From NCBI RefSeq assembly GCF_964204645.1, contig NC_134029.1, forward strand, positions 558,001-622,000: a stretch of 64,000 nt of DNA, in the 5' to 3' direction. The position numbers were made by a program, and so were the translations under genes. Below the pieces are notes generated by a model that saw only the letters and a program-made list of their open reading frames with translations, was not told the origin of the DNA and searched no databases. The stretch is from Tubulanus polymorphus. Its lineage: Eukaryota > Animalia > Nemertea. Shown piece by piece: positions 37,895 through 59,417 of the stretch (position 1 is the first letter of the stretch; the number at the start of each line of letters is the position of its first letter).

Positions 37895-38750
37895 TGAATT
37901 CGGTGAAATGTTTGACAGTCCCAACACTACCGAGTTCCCTGATCCTCAACTCGGTGAAATATTTACAGCAGTCTCAACACGCCACTGAGTTCCCTGATTC
38001 TCAACTCGGTGAAATATTTACAGCAGTGCCAACGCTACCGAGTTCCCTGATTCTAAACTCGATGAAATATTTACAGCAGTCTCAACGCCACCGAGTTCCC
38101 TGATTCTCAACTCGATGAAATATTTACAGCAGTCTCACCGCTACCGAGTTCCCTGATTCTAAACTCGGTGAAATATTTACAGCAGTCTCAACGCTACCCA
38201 GTTCCCTGATTCTCAACTCGATGAAATATTTACAGCAGTCTCAACACGCCTCTGAGTTCCCTGATTCTCAACTCGGTGAAATATTTACAGCAGTGCCAAC
38301 GCTACCGAGTTCCCTGATTCTAAACTCGATGAAATATTTACAGCAGTCTCAACGCTACCGAGTTCCCTGATTCTCAACTCGATGAAATATTTACAGCAGT
38401 CTCACCGCTACCGAGTTCCCTGATTCTAAACTCGGTGAAATATTTACAGCAGTCTCAACGCTACCCAGTTCCCTGATTCTCAACTCGATGAAATATTTAC
38501 AGCAGTCTCACCGCTACCGAGTTCCCTGATTCTAAACTCGGTGAAATATTTACAGCAGTCTCAACGCTACCGAGTTCCCTGATTCTAAACTCGGTGAAAT
38601 ATTTACAGCAGTCCCAACACGCTACCGAGTTCCCTGATTCTCAACTCGGTTAAATATCTACAGGAGTCCCAACGCTACCGACTTCCCTGATTCTGAACTC
38701 GGTGAAATATTTACAGTAGTCCCAACACACGCTACCGAGTTCCCTGATTC
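37895..38750. repeat. 53-55-bp hairpin-containing tandem array, 16 units
   Basis: Unit CTACCGAGTT-CCCTGATTCTC-AACTCGGTGAAATATTTACAGCAGTCTCAACG with an 8-bp stem (ACCGAGTT/AACTCGGT). Confidence 0.95.
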
Positions 38751-39919
38751 GACCTTCGTGATTTCTCAGACATCGCAGAAACAGCTGAAAATGATATCTC
38801 ATACGAAGTTTGTTTTTGACGGTGTCTTTCTTCATGAAAAACTGGTTGTTGCATTTTTGGTCTTGTCGCTCCCCTCTGGGTTCAGTTTCATAAAGAAACA
38901 TCATTCTCTGAATTTGATTTAGGAGTTAAACAGAAACTGACCCATTATTGACATCTCGAGAGTCCAAATCCACAAAAGTTGGCTACGAGTTGACTTTAAT
39001 GATTAGATTTCTATTGAAAAACCGCAGAAATATCTCTTTTGTTATATGTAAAATGTAGATTTCCTAGCTTGATGTGATATAGCTTGTGATCATTAGCTCG
39101 GGCAACCTTGCTATATTTATCTCGTTTTGTTTCTAAGAATTCTGTCTGTTGTTTATGAAACTAATTTGATTTACGTCCATTGACTGAAGATTAGCGGCAG
39201 AAAGAGAATGAATATCTTCGGTTCATTCGTCTGTCAACTGTTTATTGGCCGAGCTAGAGTTATTTTGGGCTTTATTTTGGGCTGGCGAGCACCTTTCTGT
39301 GTTTGTACTTTTGGTTTCTGAAATTTGTGTCTGTCTTTTTAGTTTAGCAGCAGAAAGAGAATGAATATTCCCGGTTCATTCGTCTGTCAACTGTTTATTG
39401 GCCGAGCTAGAGTTAGGGCTTGGGCTTTATTTTGGGCTGGCGAGCACCTTTCTGTGTTTGTATTTTTGGTTTCTGAAATTTGTGTCTGTTTTTTAGCTTA
39501 GCAGCAGAAAGTGAATGAATGTCTTCGGTTCATTCTTCCGTCAACTGTTTATCAATGTGAATCCTGTCGCGTAGTGAGGATAACTGTATATATGTAACAC
39601 TTGGCTCAGTGCTGGCGACTTAAATTTAATTTCACTCCAGACACAAAACTTGATACACGAACCTTCATTTTTTCGATGTGCTTTTCTTCTATCACGCGCT
39701 TTATGGAATCCAGTGCATGTTCGCGTTCCCCGAGGCCTTAATGGCCCAACAATATTTCAGTGGGCTTTACAGGAAAAATCACAATAAAATCACACAAAAA
39801 CATTTTTCTATCGTTAAAACAATTTATGTAGAACTTAGGTTTTAGTTGTGAGATAAAATGTGAGCTGGTTCGATAGATTCAACTCACAACTGTGGACACC
39901 CAAGGATTTCATCGCTCAT

Positions 39920-40469
39920 CTAACTACTGCAATCTTCAATATCTGGGTTGCACGCAAGCACTCGAGCTACCCTCTCAACATCTCTTTTATCTTCTTTAGC
40001 CTCAGCCATCGCCCAGACCGACACCAATACTGCACAGATCGGCAAAACTAGTTTAACAAGTTGATCTGAAAAATATAACATTAAACTGCGAATGAAAACC
40101 TGTACATCGGTGGGGGGGGGGGGAGAGAAACATATAGGACGATAACCACACTCAAACGTGGTGAACGGATTATAAAATAAAAAGCACTATCTACAGATTA
40201 AAAGAATTTTAAAACCAAGAATTTATTCATTCGAACAATCTAAAATATATAAAATACACGACGTTTCGATCTCACACCTGACGATGATCTCTAGGGTGAG
40301 ATCGAAACGTCGTGTCTTTTATATATTTCAGATTGTTCGAATAAATAAATTCTTGGTTTTAAAATTCTTTTAATCTGAAGATAGTGGGTTTTTTACTGTC
40401 TGCTAGTTTGAACCTATTTCCACAAATTGAATTTGAAAAATCGTCAAAATTTATGTACTTACTCATCAT
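39920..40469 (-). CDS. Cys-peptide prepropeptide 2 (50 aa): MMNQLVKLVLPICAVLVSVWAMAEAKEDKRDVERVAR|VLACNPDIEDCSS
   Basis: Exons 40463-40469 and 39920-40065; same splice sites as copy 1; intact frame ending in TAG. Confidence 0.85.
40185..40386. mobile_element. Second copy of the Penelope-like palindrome, hammerhead core at 40273-40316 (+)
   Basis: Same sequence as 37055-37268; stem I is 4 bp here (GTGTC). Confidence 0.8.
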
Positions 40470-40819
40470 TTTCCTGGATTTCTCTGACGGTAGAAATCTC
40501 TGTAAGCGGTTAGAACTAATTTCAGAGCCTGGAAATAAAATTCCGCCACACAATCAACAATCATTGAGGATCATTTGCAGATTTGAGAATTACTCCCTCG
40601 ACTGACCGTACTTACTGTGAGGTGTATAGCATAGACAGTTTGGCTGCAATATGACTAATTATATACTATGAACCAATTGACAAAGAATAGAACAATGTTT
40701 GTTCATCTTTTCATATTTACCAGTTTCCATTTACCATTTGAACTTCTGGGACGATACAGTTTGCACAGATGGTGAAATATAATACTTTACAGTGAAAAAC
40801 AGGAGCGAGAGTTTTTAAT

Positions 40820-41056
40820 GTAGAGAGAATCCCAAAATTATAACGAAAAAGTCCGAAAATGAAACTTCGAGATAGTAGTTTATTTCAACGTTTCGACTAT
40901 ATCCTAATAGTCATCTTCAGGAATAATGGATATTAGGATATAGTCGAAACGTTGAAATAAACTACTATCTCGAAGTTTCATTTTCGGACTTTTTCGTTAT
41001 AATTTTGGGATTCTCTCTACATCGCGTCAACACGGATATAGTGTTCTATCAATCGT
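40820..41056. mobile_element. Penelope-like palindromic insertion with 34-nt tail and 13-bp target-site duplication
   Basis: TSD GAGAGTTTTTAAT at 40807-40819 and 41057-41069; empty site in copy 1 at ~37683. Minus-strand core CTGAAGA-T-GACTAT...ATAGTC-GAAACGTT at 40887-40921. Confidence 0.85.
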
Positions 41057-41264
41057 GAGAGTTTTTAATTCTCTTCTTAACTTAATTTTCTACAGGAAGG
41101 CCTGTATTATTTGCCTTTACTAAAAGCCAGTTGAATCAAAAGAACATACTGAAAGGCTTAAGAAGCAACCATCGTTACATTAGTGCACGGCCATAACATA
41201 TTATCATTCTGGAGCTGGAACCTTTACAGCAATTTGATTCATGGCAAGGATGTCCATTCGAGGA

Positions 41265-41720
41265 TTTTGAATTCGGTGAAATGTTTAATACAGCAGTCCC
41301 AACTCTACCGAGTTCCCTGATTCTCAACTCGGTGAAAGATCTACAGCAGTCTCAAACGCTACCGAGTTCCCTGATTCTGAACTCGGTGAAATATCTACAG
41401 CAGTCTCAAACACTACCGAGTTCCCTGATTCTCAACTCGGTGAAATATTTACAGCAGTCTCAAACGCTACCGAGTTCCCTGATTCTAAACTCGGTGAAAT
41501 ATCTACAGCAGTCTCAAACGCTACCGAGTTCCCTGATTCTGAACTCGGTGAAATATCTACAGCAGTCTCAAACACTACCGAGTTCCCTGATTCTGAACTC
41601 GGTGAAAGATCTACAGCAGTCTCAAACGCTACCGAGTTCCCTGATTCTGAACTCGGTGAAATATTTACAGCAGTCTCAACGCCCGGCGCCGAGTTTCTTG
41701 ATTCTCGATTCGGTTAAATA
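41265..41720. repeat. 54-bp hairpin tandem array, about 8 units
   Basis: Same unit as 37895-38750. Confidence 0.95.
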
Positions 41721-42389
41721 CAGGACTACCTGCAGCGATATTCTGAGTTTCAGATTTTCTCAGTTTGTTGCCACCAATTTGTGTACGCATGGAGTCGGGG
41801 CGTTATAGGTTTAATGCCGACAGATTTCGATGCTCAATTCTTGGCAAAGAAGCTCATGTATACATGATAGGGAGAATAAATTGAAAATAAATCGATCTAC
41901 CAGTCAAAAGAAATCGATCTACCAGTCAAAAGATGGAATGTTTGTTCAACTTTCATATTGTCCACTTTCCAGTAATTTGAATCCCTAGCACAACACAAGT
42001 GGCAGGTGCATGCTGGTAAAACAAAAAAAATGAAAAATAAAAGAATTGATAATAATATTTTTGTCATGAACGTCAATGACGGGATATATGGAAAGCCATT
42101 TTCCAAGCACTTCTTCTGACATAAATGATTTTCGTTTATCAAACGATGATCGATTCAAAATGTATGCCTGATCGAAGGGAGCTATGATGATATGCGTTAT
42201 CGAGAAGAAATTATTAATCTTAGTGATTACAAACGAGCATTTCGAAATTCGATTTGAATTTTTTTTTTCAACTTTTGTACATAGAGAATAGACGACAAAG
42301 CCAGATACGGTTAAGAATTTCTTCTCGCTTAAATGTCCGACTCCTAAATCCTTGAAAGCTGTGGTTATCTACAAATACATTTACCGTTC

Positions 42390-42521
42390 AGTGCTGCCCC
42401 TTGATATTACACTGACGGTCGATATGTGAACTAACCTGCGATCAATATATTCTTCCTTTGGCATGCGAGTGATAAGTTAGTTCACACATTCACCGTCAAT
42501 GATATGTATAGGGGCAGCACT
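42390..42521. mobile_element. MITE with AGTGCTGCCCCT terminal inverted repeats
   Basis: AGTGCTGCCCCT...AGGGGCAGCACT with internal inverted segments (TGACGGT/ACCGTCA, GTGAACTAAC/GTTAGTTCAC). Confidence 0.7.
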
Positions 42522-42791
42522 TGCCGGTTGAGATCTGCAATGTATCTATATTTCTGCTGTGGCATGCGAGTAATAAGGAATATTTTTATATCGAATTTCA
42601 TTCAGTATTCCATTTTGAGGGGAGAGGGGAGGAAGGGGAGGGGAGGAAGGGGAGGGGAGAGAAATAGAAACAACGACGTTATTCTTTTTGTTAAAGGAGA
42701 AATAAATGTCGGATCGAGTTTGTGAGATAAAATGGCTCGATTGAGTCGTCAAGTCACAACTTTAGAACAACCGAGCCTTTATTTGTTTTAT

Positions 42792-43306
42792 CTAATAGCA
42801 ATTCTTTTCAAATGGGTTGCACGATCGAGCTACCCTGTCGGTTTGCTTCTCTGCCACCGCCCAGACAGACACCAATACTGCACACATCGGCAAAACGAGT
42901 TTAGCAAGTTGATCTGAAAAATATAACATAAAACCGTGAATGAAAACCTGTACATCGAAAGAGAGGTATAAAACACGCCGCCTGCTAGTCCAAGTTCAAC
43001 AGTTGCGTGGGTTTAATTTGTCTCTGAACTCAGTTCCACAGCACTGGATTTATCTCTCTCTGAAACCGATTCCACGGTTGAATGGGTTTGATTTTGTCTC
43101 TAAACCTAGAACTTCCACAAATGTGTAGGTTTAGCCAGCACCACAGTGTCGTGTGGGTTCAATTGGACTCTGAAACCAGTTCCGCGGTTGCCTGGGTTTA
43201 ATTTGACTCTGGTACGATAAGGCTGATCGGATCTCACAGTCACTTTTTATCATTAAAGACAAAATGAATTTTAAAAATCGTCAAAAATTATCTACTCACT
43301 CATCAT
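42792..43306 (-). CDS. Cys-peptide prepropeptide 3 (42 aa): MMNQLAKLVLPMCAVLVSVWAVAEKQTDRVAR|SCNPFEKNCY
   Basis: Exons 43300-43306 (ATGATGA|gtgagt) and 42792-42913; in-frame stop upstream of the ATG; AATAAA just after the stop. Confidence 0.85.
42990..43212. repeat. ~46-bp degenerate tandem repeat (AGTTCCAC..TGGGTTTAATTTGTCTCTG) in the intron of peptide gene 3
   Basis: 5 units; related to 9950-10090. Confidence 0.75.
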
Positions 43307-43470
43307 TTTCTTGGTTAAAACTCTTACGGTTGAAATCTCTATAAACTGTTAGAACTAATTTCAGCGCCTGGAAATGAAATACCGCCACACAATCAACAAT
43401 CATTGCGGATCATCTGCACATTTGTCAAATACTCCCTCGACTCTGCTGGTCGTACAGTACTTACTGTGAT

Positions 43471-43504
43471 CAGGGAAGTGTGATGATGTCATCACACTTC
43501 CCTG
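43471..43504. mobile_element. 34-bp palindromic micro-MITE (hAT-like ends) with a 7-8-bp duplication
   Basis: CTGTGAT-CAGGGAAGTGTGATGA-TG-TCATCACACTTCCCTG-CTGTGAT. Confidence 0.65.
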
Positions 43505-45157
43505 CTGTGATCGAAGGAATCAGCTGTGAGTTGTGTATCGAAGGTTAACTAGTTATGACTAGTTATATCATCGTACAAACCATTTGCGATGAAAGGAATG
43601 TTTGTTCATCTTTTCATTCAGCTCATTTTCCAGTAATTTGAATCCCAACTGACGACACAAGTGGCGCAGGTGGTGAAATATAATACTTTACAGTGAAAAA
43701 TAGGAGTGAATTTTTCGAACCCTTCGAACCAAAATGTACGTAGGCCTGTGTGCCTGTATCAAAAGCCAGTTGAATCAAAAAACTTACTGGGAGTTTTAGG
43801 GAAGCAGCCATCTTTATAGAAAGCCCTCTACACATTAACGAATGCGCGGAATAACATATTATCAATCTTGAGCTGGAACCTTTAACAGCAATTCGATTCA
43901 TGGCTTAAGAGTTCTCTGATTCTCAACTCCTTTCAGATGAAATAATTTTACCGAGTTCGATTCTCAACTCGGTTGCGTAACTGCAGCCTGGCTTGCAGCG
44001 CTTTTCTCACACCCCATTAGTTTCAGATTCTCTGAGTTTGTGGCCATCCTGTGTTCCTGGGTTTAGGTTAAGTGGGTTTAGTATGTTTTACTTCTCTCTT
44101 CATTTATAATTGGAGTTGAGACCGAGAAATTATTGGTCGTCACATCGACCTGACAAACTCAGAAAGACCTCAATAGCTAGGTTATCTACAATGGTTAGCA
44201 TGCCGCAGGTTCCAGGTTCGAGTCCTTCTAGATCTACGCTTACAACGATTAATCATCTGAATCCAGTTCCATAGTGCTCAATTAAGTGGGGTGTAGTTCA
44301 TTTAGGGCAAGTGGAAAGTTCTAAGAATGCAAACTTCTTGTTTTTTTTTAAAATGATTTAAATATTTCGATCGCGTGCACCTGTTTTAAAACGATTAATA
44401 CCAATAAATAGTTTCTATACGCAGAGGTTAAAACCTGTTCGTATGAGAAGAAAACGATAGTTTTTCCAAGTGAACAGGTTTAGTGTTAACTGTTCAAATT
44501 CATTGAACCGTTTCACGTGTGAAATATATGACACATTCACAGAACTGTGTGTACGGCGGTGTCGTCGTGTTGTGTGTACAGTAATTCACTTAGTGATAGC
44601 GTGACTGTACAGGTCTCTGCAAAGCCGCGTAAGTAACAAATACATATTTCATGCCAGATTCTCGACCGTCCCAAAGTTTTAATCTGTCGATGAAAATGTA
44701 ATTGGGGTGTTATCGACAATTAGCATATGACCACATTTTCAATTTAAAGTTAAGTCAAACAGAAAAACTATAATGGGTTTTCGTGGACAATTCTGAAGTG
44801 ACGTTTCGAACAAAAATGACTCAGGAATGTCTGGAATTCAGTCGATAGATATGTTAACTGTTATCACTTTTTAAGTTTATATTTGTTCTTCTGATAGCGG
44901 GATATTTGTGACTCCGCCTGATGATTGGCTGTTGTAACGATGTGTAAACGTTGTCAATATGAATTAAGCACATCAATGAAATTTCTAGTATTACTTTCTG
45001 ATCGCTCGATATCATATGATAGGGCCTACACTGATTAGTGATCAGGTTTTCCCGACCCGGGCCTACACTCATTAGTGATTAGGTTTTCCCAGGCCTACAC
45101 TGGTTAATGATCAGGTTTTCTGATAATGATATTTAACTATTTCGCATTGTAGTTAAA

Positions 45158-45781
45158 ATGACGAGTCAGCAGGGCGACGATGAGACCGGTCTCGACGTCG
45201 GCACTTTCGAGTTCCAGACGTCAGCGCACGCCAACTCGAAGAAAGGACCTCAGCAGTTGGGTAAAGCATCCCTGAGTCGACACCCGCGACCCGCGCAGCC
45301 TGCTCAAACCCGTAAACCCGCGGGGACTCATCGGTCCAAACACAGCGGTAAAGATCATCACAGCACGACCACAACTTCCAGTCACATCGGCGAGTCGGAA
45401 TACCTGGTGCAACCACCCGTAAAACTCGAGAATACCTACCGCACTAAACCTCACGACGGCGAGAAATTCAATTCGGGCGAAGCGAAAAACGTCATTCAAA
45501 AAATACTCGATCACTATTTACAAGGAGTTCGATACGAGCCGGAATTATGCGCCGAATTGAGCAAAAACTTAACCGAAGTGATCAAATCTAAAATTAAAGA
45601 TCTCGATTATCCGAGGTATAAATACATCTGTAACGTGAGCATCGGTCAAAATCGTAATCAGGGAATTGATTTCGTCAGCAGAAGCGTCTGGAACCAAGAA
45701 ACAGATACATTCACTACTGTTACTTATAAAGACAATAATCTGTTCGTCGTGGCGACTTTGTTCGCCACTTATTTTGAATGA
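45158..45781 (+). CDS. Tctex1-domain dynein light chain (DYNLT5/TCTEX1D1-like)
   Basis: ENTYRTKP..KF, L..V.YEP..C, PRYKYICNVSIGQ...SRSVWN..TDTF....Y....LFVVATLFATYFE; single coding exon following an acceptor at 45152. Confidence 0.9.
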   Translation: MTSQQGDDETGLDVGTFEFQTSAHANSKKGPQQLGKASLSRHPRPAQPAQTRKPAGTHRSKHSGKDHHSTTTTSSHIGESEYLVQPPVKLENTYRTKPHDGEKFNSGEAKNVIQKILDHYLQGVRYEPELCAELSKNLTEVIKSKIKDLDYPRYKYICNVSIGQNRNQGIDFVSRSVWNQETDTFTTVTYKDNNLFVVATLFATYFE

Positions 45782-47260
45782 ATAAATACCTTTCGAATAT
45801 TTGTCAAGACCTTTTCACTGATTTCAGAAATAAAAAACAATGTTTTTTTTCCGTTTCATTTTTATCGTTTACATTAATTTATTATTTCCGAATATATCAA
45901 CATACTCATTTAAATAATCGTACTGATTATCATATGACATAATTATAATGACACTTATCTCCATATTAATCCTCGATTATCATAATTCAAGGGTAGAATA
46001 TACAATAAGTGTCCTAAAACAGACCTGCTGATGAGTTCAATGGGAGGAAGGTGCATGATAGAGGGAACACACCTCGGGTTCACAGAGCAACATTTATTCT
46101 GCTAGTTTCAATATGGAGTATTTAACATAAAAAACAAGGGTTTCTATTCATCACACTTAAAAATAACATTCAACAAATAATTACATTTATAACAAAACAT
46201 CACTGAATATTTTTCAATGTAAGATTATACATTACAGCTCAAACCTATCAAAAACAGTTCCACAGTTAACTTGTAACTGAACCCTTAACTGAAAACTAGA
46301 GTTTAGTTTAATGAAAATGTTTAAATCTTAAATCGTTTAATTCATTCATCAATTCAGTTTACGTAAGGTTGATTAAGAAAGTGATATAATGTTGGTTAAA
46401 CAGAGCCAGGAACAGTGGATTAATAAAGACTGACACAATTAGTGTTTAATTAGAAACAGACTGTAATCTAACGTAGAACATGTATATATCTTTCTATACA
46501 GGCTATAAATAGACTTTCAGTTGGAAGAGAATGAAATTCCGAGGAAAGCGAAAATAAAAGGATCTTAAAAATAAACAGCCACAGGTGCCCGTTTATGATT
46601 AACCCTTTCGCACTGGGAACAATAAATGAACACTAAAGCTGTACAGACGTTCACTACTCCACACATTAATTATACCAACATTTACATATATTACATAAAT
46701 CAACCCTATTATGGGATGGATATATTATATGTTTCTATTATTCGATGTTTTTAAGACAATAAATAAATGTGAACTTTTTATAAACAAACAGTTTTTCGGT
46801 ATGTTTTTTTTCTTCATCAGTAAACACACAATAAACGCAAGATAATATTAGATTGAAGATCAATCACCCTACATCAGTCTCTTCGTTCTAATAATTTCCT
46901 TGATTTTCCTGAAGTTGTGTCTCGTTTGATATGTGATACACACGTGTCACACGGAGTCTGTGTGAACAACTTGCTGCTGCTAAACGTAAATCGATACAAC
47001 ATATTCACAGTCAAACACACATTTCAATCCACTCGGTACTGAACTGTGACAGCTCTCATAGAGGGCACTGCTCTGTACACTAGATGGCGCACTAGATGAC
47101 GCTGTGTACACTAGAGCGTACTGTGAACACTAGATGGCGCTATGTAGACTAGAGCGCGCTGTACTCAGCTTATCGCCACGCAGCAAATATAAAGTGAGCA
47201 CATGAATGGATGAATTGTTATAATCCGAGCGTCAAATAGAGATTGAATTGGAAACGAGTC

Positions 47261-56621
<9,361 letters not shown>

Positions 56622-56705
56622 AGTCACAGCCTCGCGAGGCGAGTGTCGGTCAGTCACTCGTCAGTGAGGGTTGAAATATCGTTTTAATTGCGCATCTATA
56701 TACAC

Positions 56706-56771
<66 letters not shown>

Positions 56772-57697
56772 CAATACGAGCATCAATAGATTATAGAAAA
56801 CATCGATGATAAATACATATGAATATTTCAATTATTCACAACCGATAGCAGCACTCGAACACACCTGGAACGTGAACTATATCCGGCCGGGCGGTCGGTC
56901 GGCGCAAGGCAGATCATTCAAATCACTCTCTCTCTCTCTCTCTGCTGTCTGTAGGTATATCATACAAACAGACAGCTATTTCAATTAAACAACATGAAAA
57001 AACCAGGTTTGAAAGTGCTGTATTAATGAATACGCAATGAATACCAGATCTTCACGACGCGTCTCTCTTGTGTTGATCGATCGAACAATTTCAATAATCC
57101 TTCGTTTTCTCGCCGACTTCAAAAAAATACTTTCAAAACGTCTCGAAATGTTCGCTTCTAGTTGAGAGTAGAAGATTTAACGATCAACGCTTTATGAATC
57201 ACCAGTAACATCATTAAACATATACTGCTTCCATTATAACTGATAATTACATATAATATAACTGTATATAATACAAGCCCTCATCAGTATCTATTTCCTG
57301 AATCAAACATTCTAAATGTTATATACATATCTCATAATGATGTCCATAAATGATAGATGTTTTTTCGATCAAAGAATATTGAAGAATCGATGTTTCACAC
57401 CGGTCGCGATATCATTAAATATATCCTTCCCATCATCTTGGATAAGATCGACTTAATTACGAATATTGTCCACCGCGCCACTAAATAATCCAAAACTCTT
57501 CCAACTCTCGCGACTCGGGATCCAGTCAGAATTTCAGTATAGACTGACGACTGATGTATTAGAGATATATAGAACGCTATGTGCTCTGATCACAGTTGAA
57601 TTCCCGTATGAAATATCTGAAATGTTATATCTCATTAATCCAGTAATCATTACATTCTTAATTCTATTTTATAACTATGATGACTGTTTAAATCCTT

Positions 57698-57739
<42 letters not shown>

Positions 57740-58114
57740 ATCTGTTCCTATGGGTTTTTATGTACTGTCGTAGTTTACTATTGTGATCCTGTGTTATTGA
57801 ATTTCAATCCATCAAATAGTTTCACATTTCAAACGCAAACTTTCAGTAAAATACCTCCATAGGTACTGCAGCGGTGCAGTCATAGAAATTGAATTTAAAT
57901 ACTCCTAAAACAGTGAGGTATGTTACAGTATGGTGTAGATGTAAGGGTTGTATACAGTGTGAATGAAATGGTTTTTATGAAGACACCTGTTCAGGATAAA
58001 CCCTCAACTCAGTCGACTGATCATCCATTGTCTATATTCCATTCAATCTATTTCATATTCAACGATTAATTAATGCATGAATTTATTTATAGTTTTTACC
58101 AATGAAGTCAACAT

Positions 58115-58735
58115 CCATGAGGACCACATGGGGACCAGGTCATCCAATGTGGACCACATGGGGACCAGGTCGTCCAATGTGGACCACATGGGGACCAGGT
58201 CATCCAATGTGGACCACATGGGGACCAGGTCATCCAATGTGGACCACATGGGGACCAGGTCATCCAATGTGGACCACACAGGGACCAGGTCATCCAATGT
58301 GGACCACATGGGGACCAGGTCGTCCAATGAGGACCACATGGGGACCAGGTCATCCAATGAGGACCACATGGGGACCAGGTCATCCAATGTGGACCACATG
58401 GGGACCAGGTCATCCAATGAGGACTGCATGGGGACCAGGTCATCTAATGAGGACCACAAAGGGACCAGGTCATCCAATGAGGACTGCATGGGGACCAGGT
58501 CATCTAATGAGGACCACATGGGGACCAGGTCATCCAATGAGGACCACAAAGGGACCAGGTCGTCCAATGAGGACTGCATGGGGACCAGGTCATCTAATGA
58601 GGACCACAAAGGGACCAGGTCATCCAATGAGGACTGCATGGGGACCAGGTCATCTAATGAGGACCACAAAGGGACCAGGTCATCCAATGACGACTGCATG
58701 GGGACCAGGTCATCCAATGAGGACTGCATGGGGTA
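58115..58735. repeat. 30-bp minisatellite (GGACCACATGGGGACCAGGTCATCCAATGW)n
   Basis: About 20 units. Confidence 0.97.
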
Positions 58736-58920
58736 CGAGTCAAAAATGTTCCAATGATCACCAACATCAGTAAAAATTCTACCATAAACCACTGACACTA
58801 AGTTAAAACTGATTTTCACTGGTACATGGGGTCTTGAATTATGCATGTATAAGCTGACGCATACAAGCTACATATTCTTGTATCCAAGTTATAATTCCAC
58901 TTTCCATTTACAGTCAGTAC

Positions 58921-59417
<497 letters not shown>

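Larger units (their letters stand above)
35965..44050. repeat. Tandem segmental triplication (~3-kb units: ~35965-38750, ~38750-41790, older copy ~42700-44050)
   Basis: Collinear blocks, e.g. 36313-36816 vs 39401-39905 near-identical; 37290-37900 vs 40420-41270 vs 43260-43920. Confidence 0.92.

Noticed and set aside
37895-41720. CRISPR-like appearance of regularly spaced hairpin repeats
   Set aside because: The sequence between hairpins is itself repeated (no unique spacers), there are no cas genes, and the context is eukaryotic.
41281-41808. 175-aa repeat ORF (QQSQTLPSSLILNSVKYL)n
   Set aside because: The unit is 54 bp here by chance; the paralogous array has 53/55-bp units that break the frame.
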